The notes beneath the pieces were generated by a model. The model was given only the letters and a program-made list of their open reading frames with translations, was not told the origin of the DNA and did not search any database. DNA of 64,000 nt from an uncultured Dictyoglomota bacterium (GTDB lineage: Bacteria > Dictyoglomota > Dictyoglomia > Dictyoglomales > Dictyoglomaceae): the NCBI GenBank assembly GCA_964654465.1, contig CAZZIO010000035.1, forward strand, positions 16,819 to 80,818, in the 5' to 3' direction. Numbering within the stretch: the stretch's first letter is position 1; each line of letters begins with the position of its first letter. Of this stretch, positions 63,851 through 64,000 are shown one piece after another. The position numbers were made by a program, and so were the translations under genes.

Positions 63851-64000
63851 CTCTCAAACCATCCCCTAATAGATTAAATCCAAAAACTACTATCATTATG
63901 ACAACACCGGGAGCTATAGGATACCACCAACAACTCCTTAGATATGCAAGTCCCGCTTGTACCATAGAACCCCAGCTCGGAGTTGGAGCTTGTACACCAA
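63822..64000 (-). CDS. oppC: Opp/Dpp ABC permease (OppC-like), 3' end only
   Basis: Hand translation GVQAPTPSWGSMV...WWYPIAPG...FNLLGDGLRDALDPRLYI*. Confidence 0.92.
   Translation of the reverse strand, partial: GVQAPTPSWGSMVQAGLAYLRSCWWYPIAPGVVIMIVVFGFNLLGDGLRDALDPRLYI

Noticed and set aside
1-64000. CRISPR arrays, IS elements, prophage or defence genes
   Set aside because: No spaced repeats and no transposase, integrase, phage or defence motifs; intergenic gaps are short and accounted for

Overview
AT-rich, densely packed bacterial chromosome segment, mostly housekeeping genes. Gene content and protein style suggest a thermophilic anaerobe such as Dictyoglomus (inference, not verified). 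Left to right: nusA-rimP (-); rpsB-tsf-pyrH-frr-uppS-cdsA-dxr (+); a 34-aa sORF plus galT-galK (+); a Leu T-box-controlled ilvBNC-leuACDB-cimA operon (-); a 28-bp Firmicutes-type dif site at 19368-19395, so the window probably spans the replication terminus; a type IV pilus locus (19.5-32 kb) with two convergent sets of minor pilins, one led by a ComZ-like protein and one containing a pilin fused to two lamin-tail-like domains. From there an unbroken minus-strand run continues: gatCAB, oppDF, tRNA-Leu(GAG), recA, gpsA, plsY, der, ispH, two plsC, a BMP-family ABC transporter, ftsK, rnj, dapAB, an M16 peptidase, pnp, rpsO, coaD, rsmD, recG, fakA, an Asp23 gene and a partial oppC. No CRISPR array, transposase, integrase or prophage was seen. 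Most notable: the dual-tip pilus locus beside dif, the split-off GalT N-terminal peptide, and a der gene with no canonical start codon upstream of its first P-loop. All family assignments are from motif recognition, not database searches.
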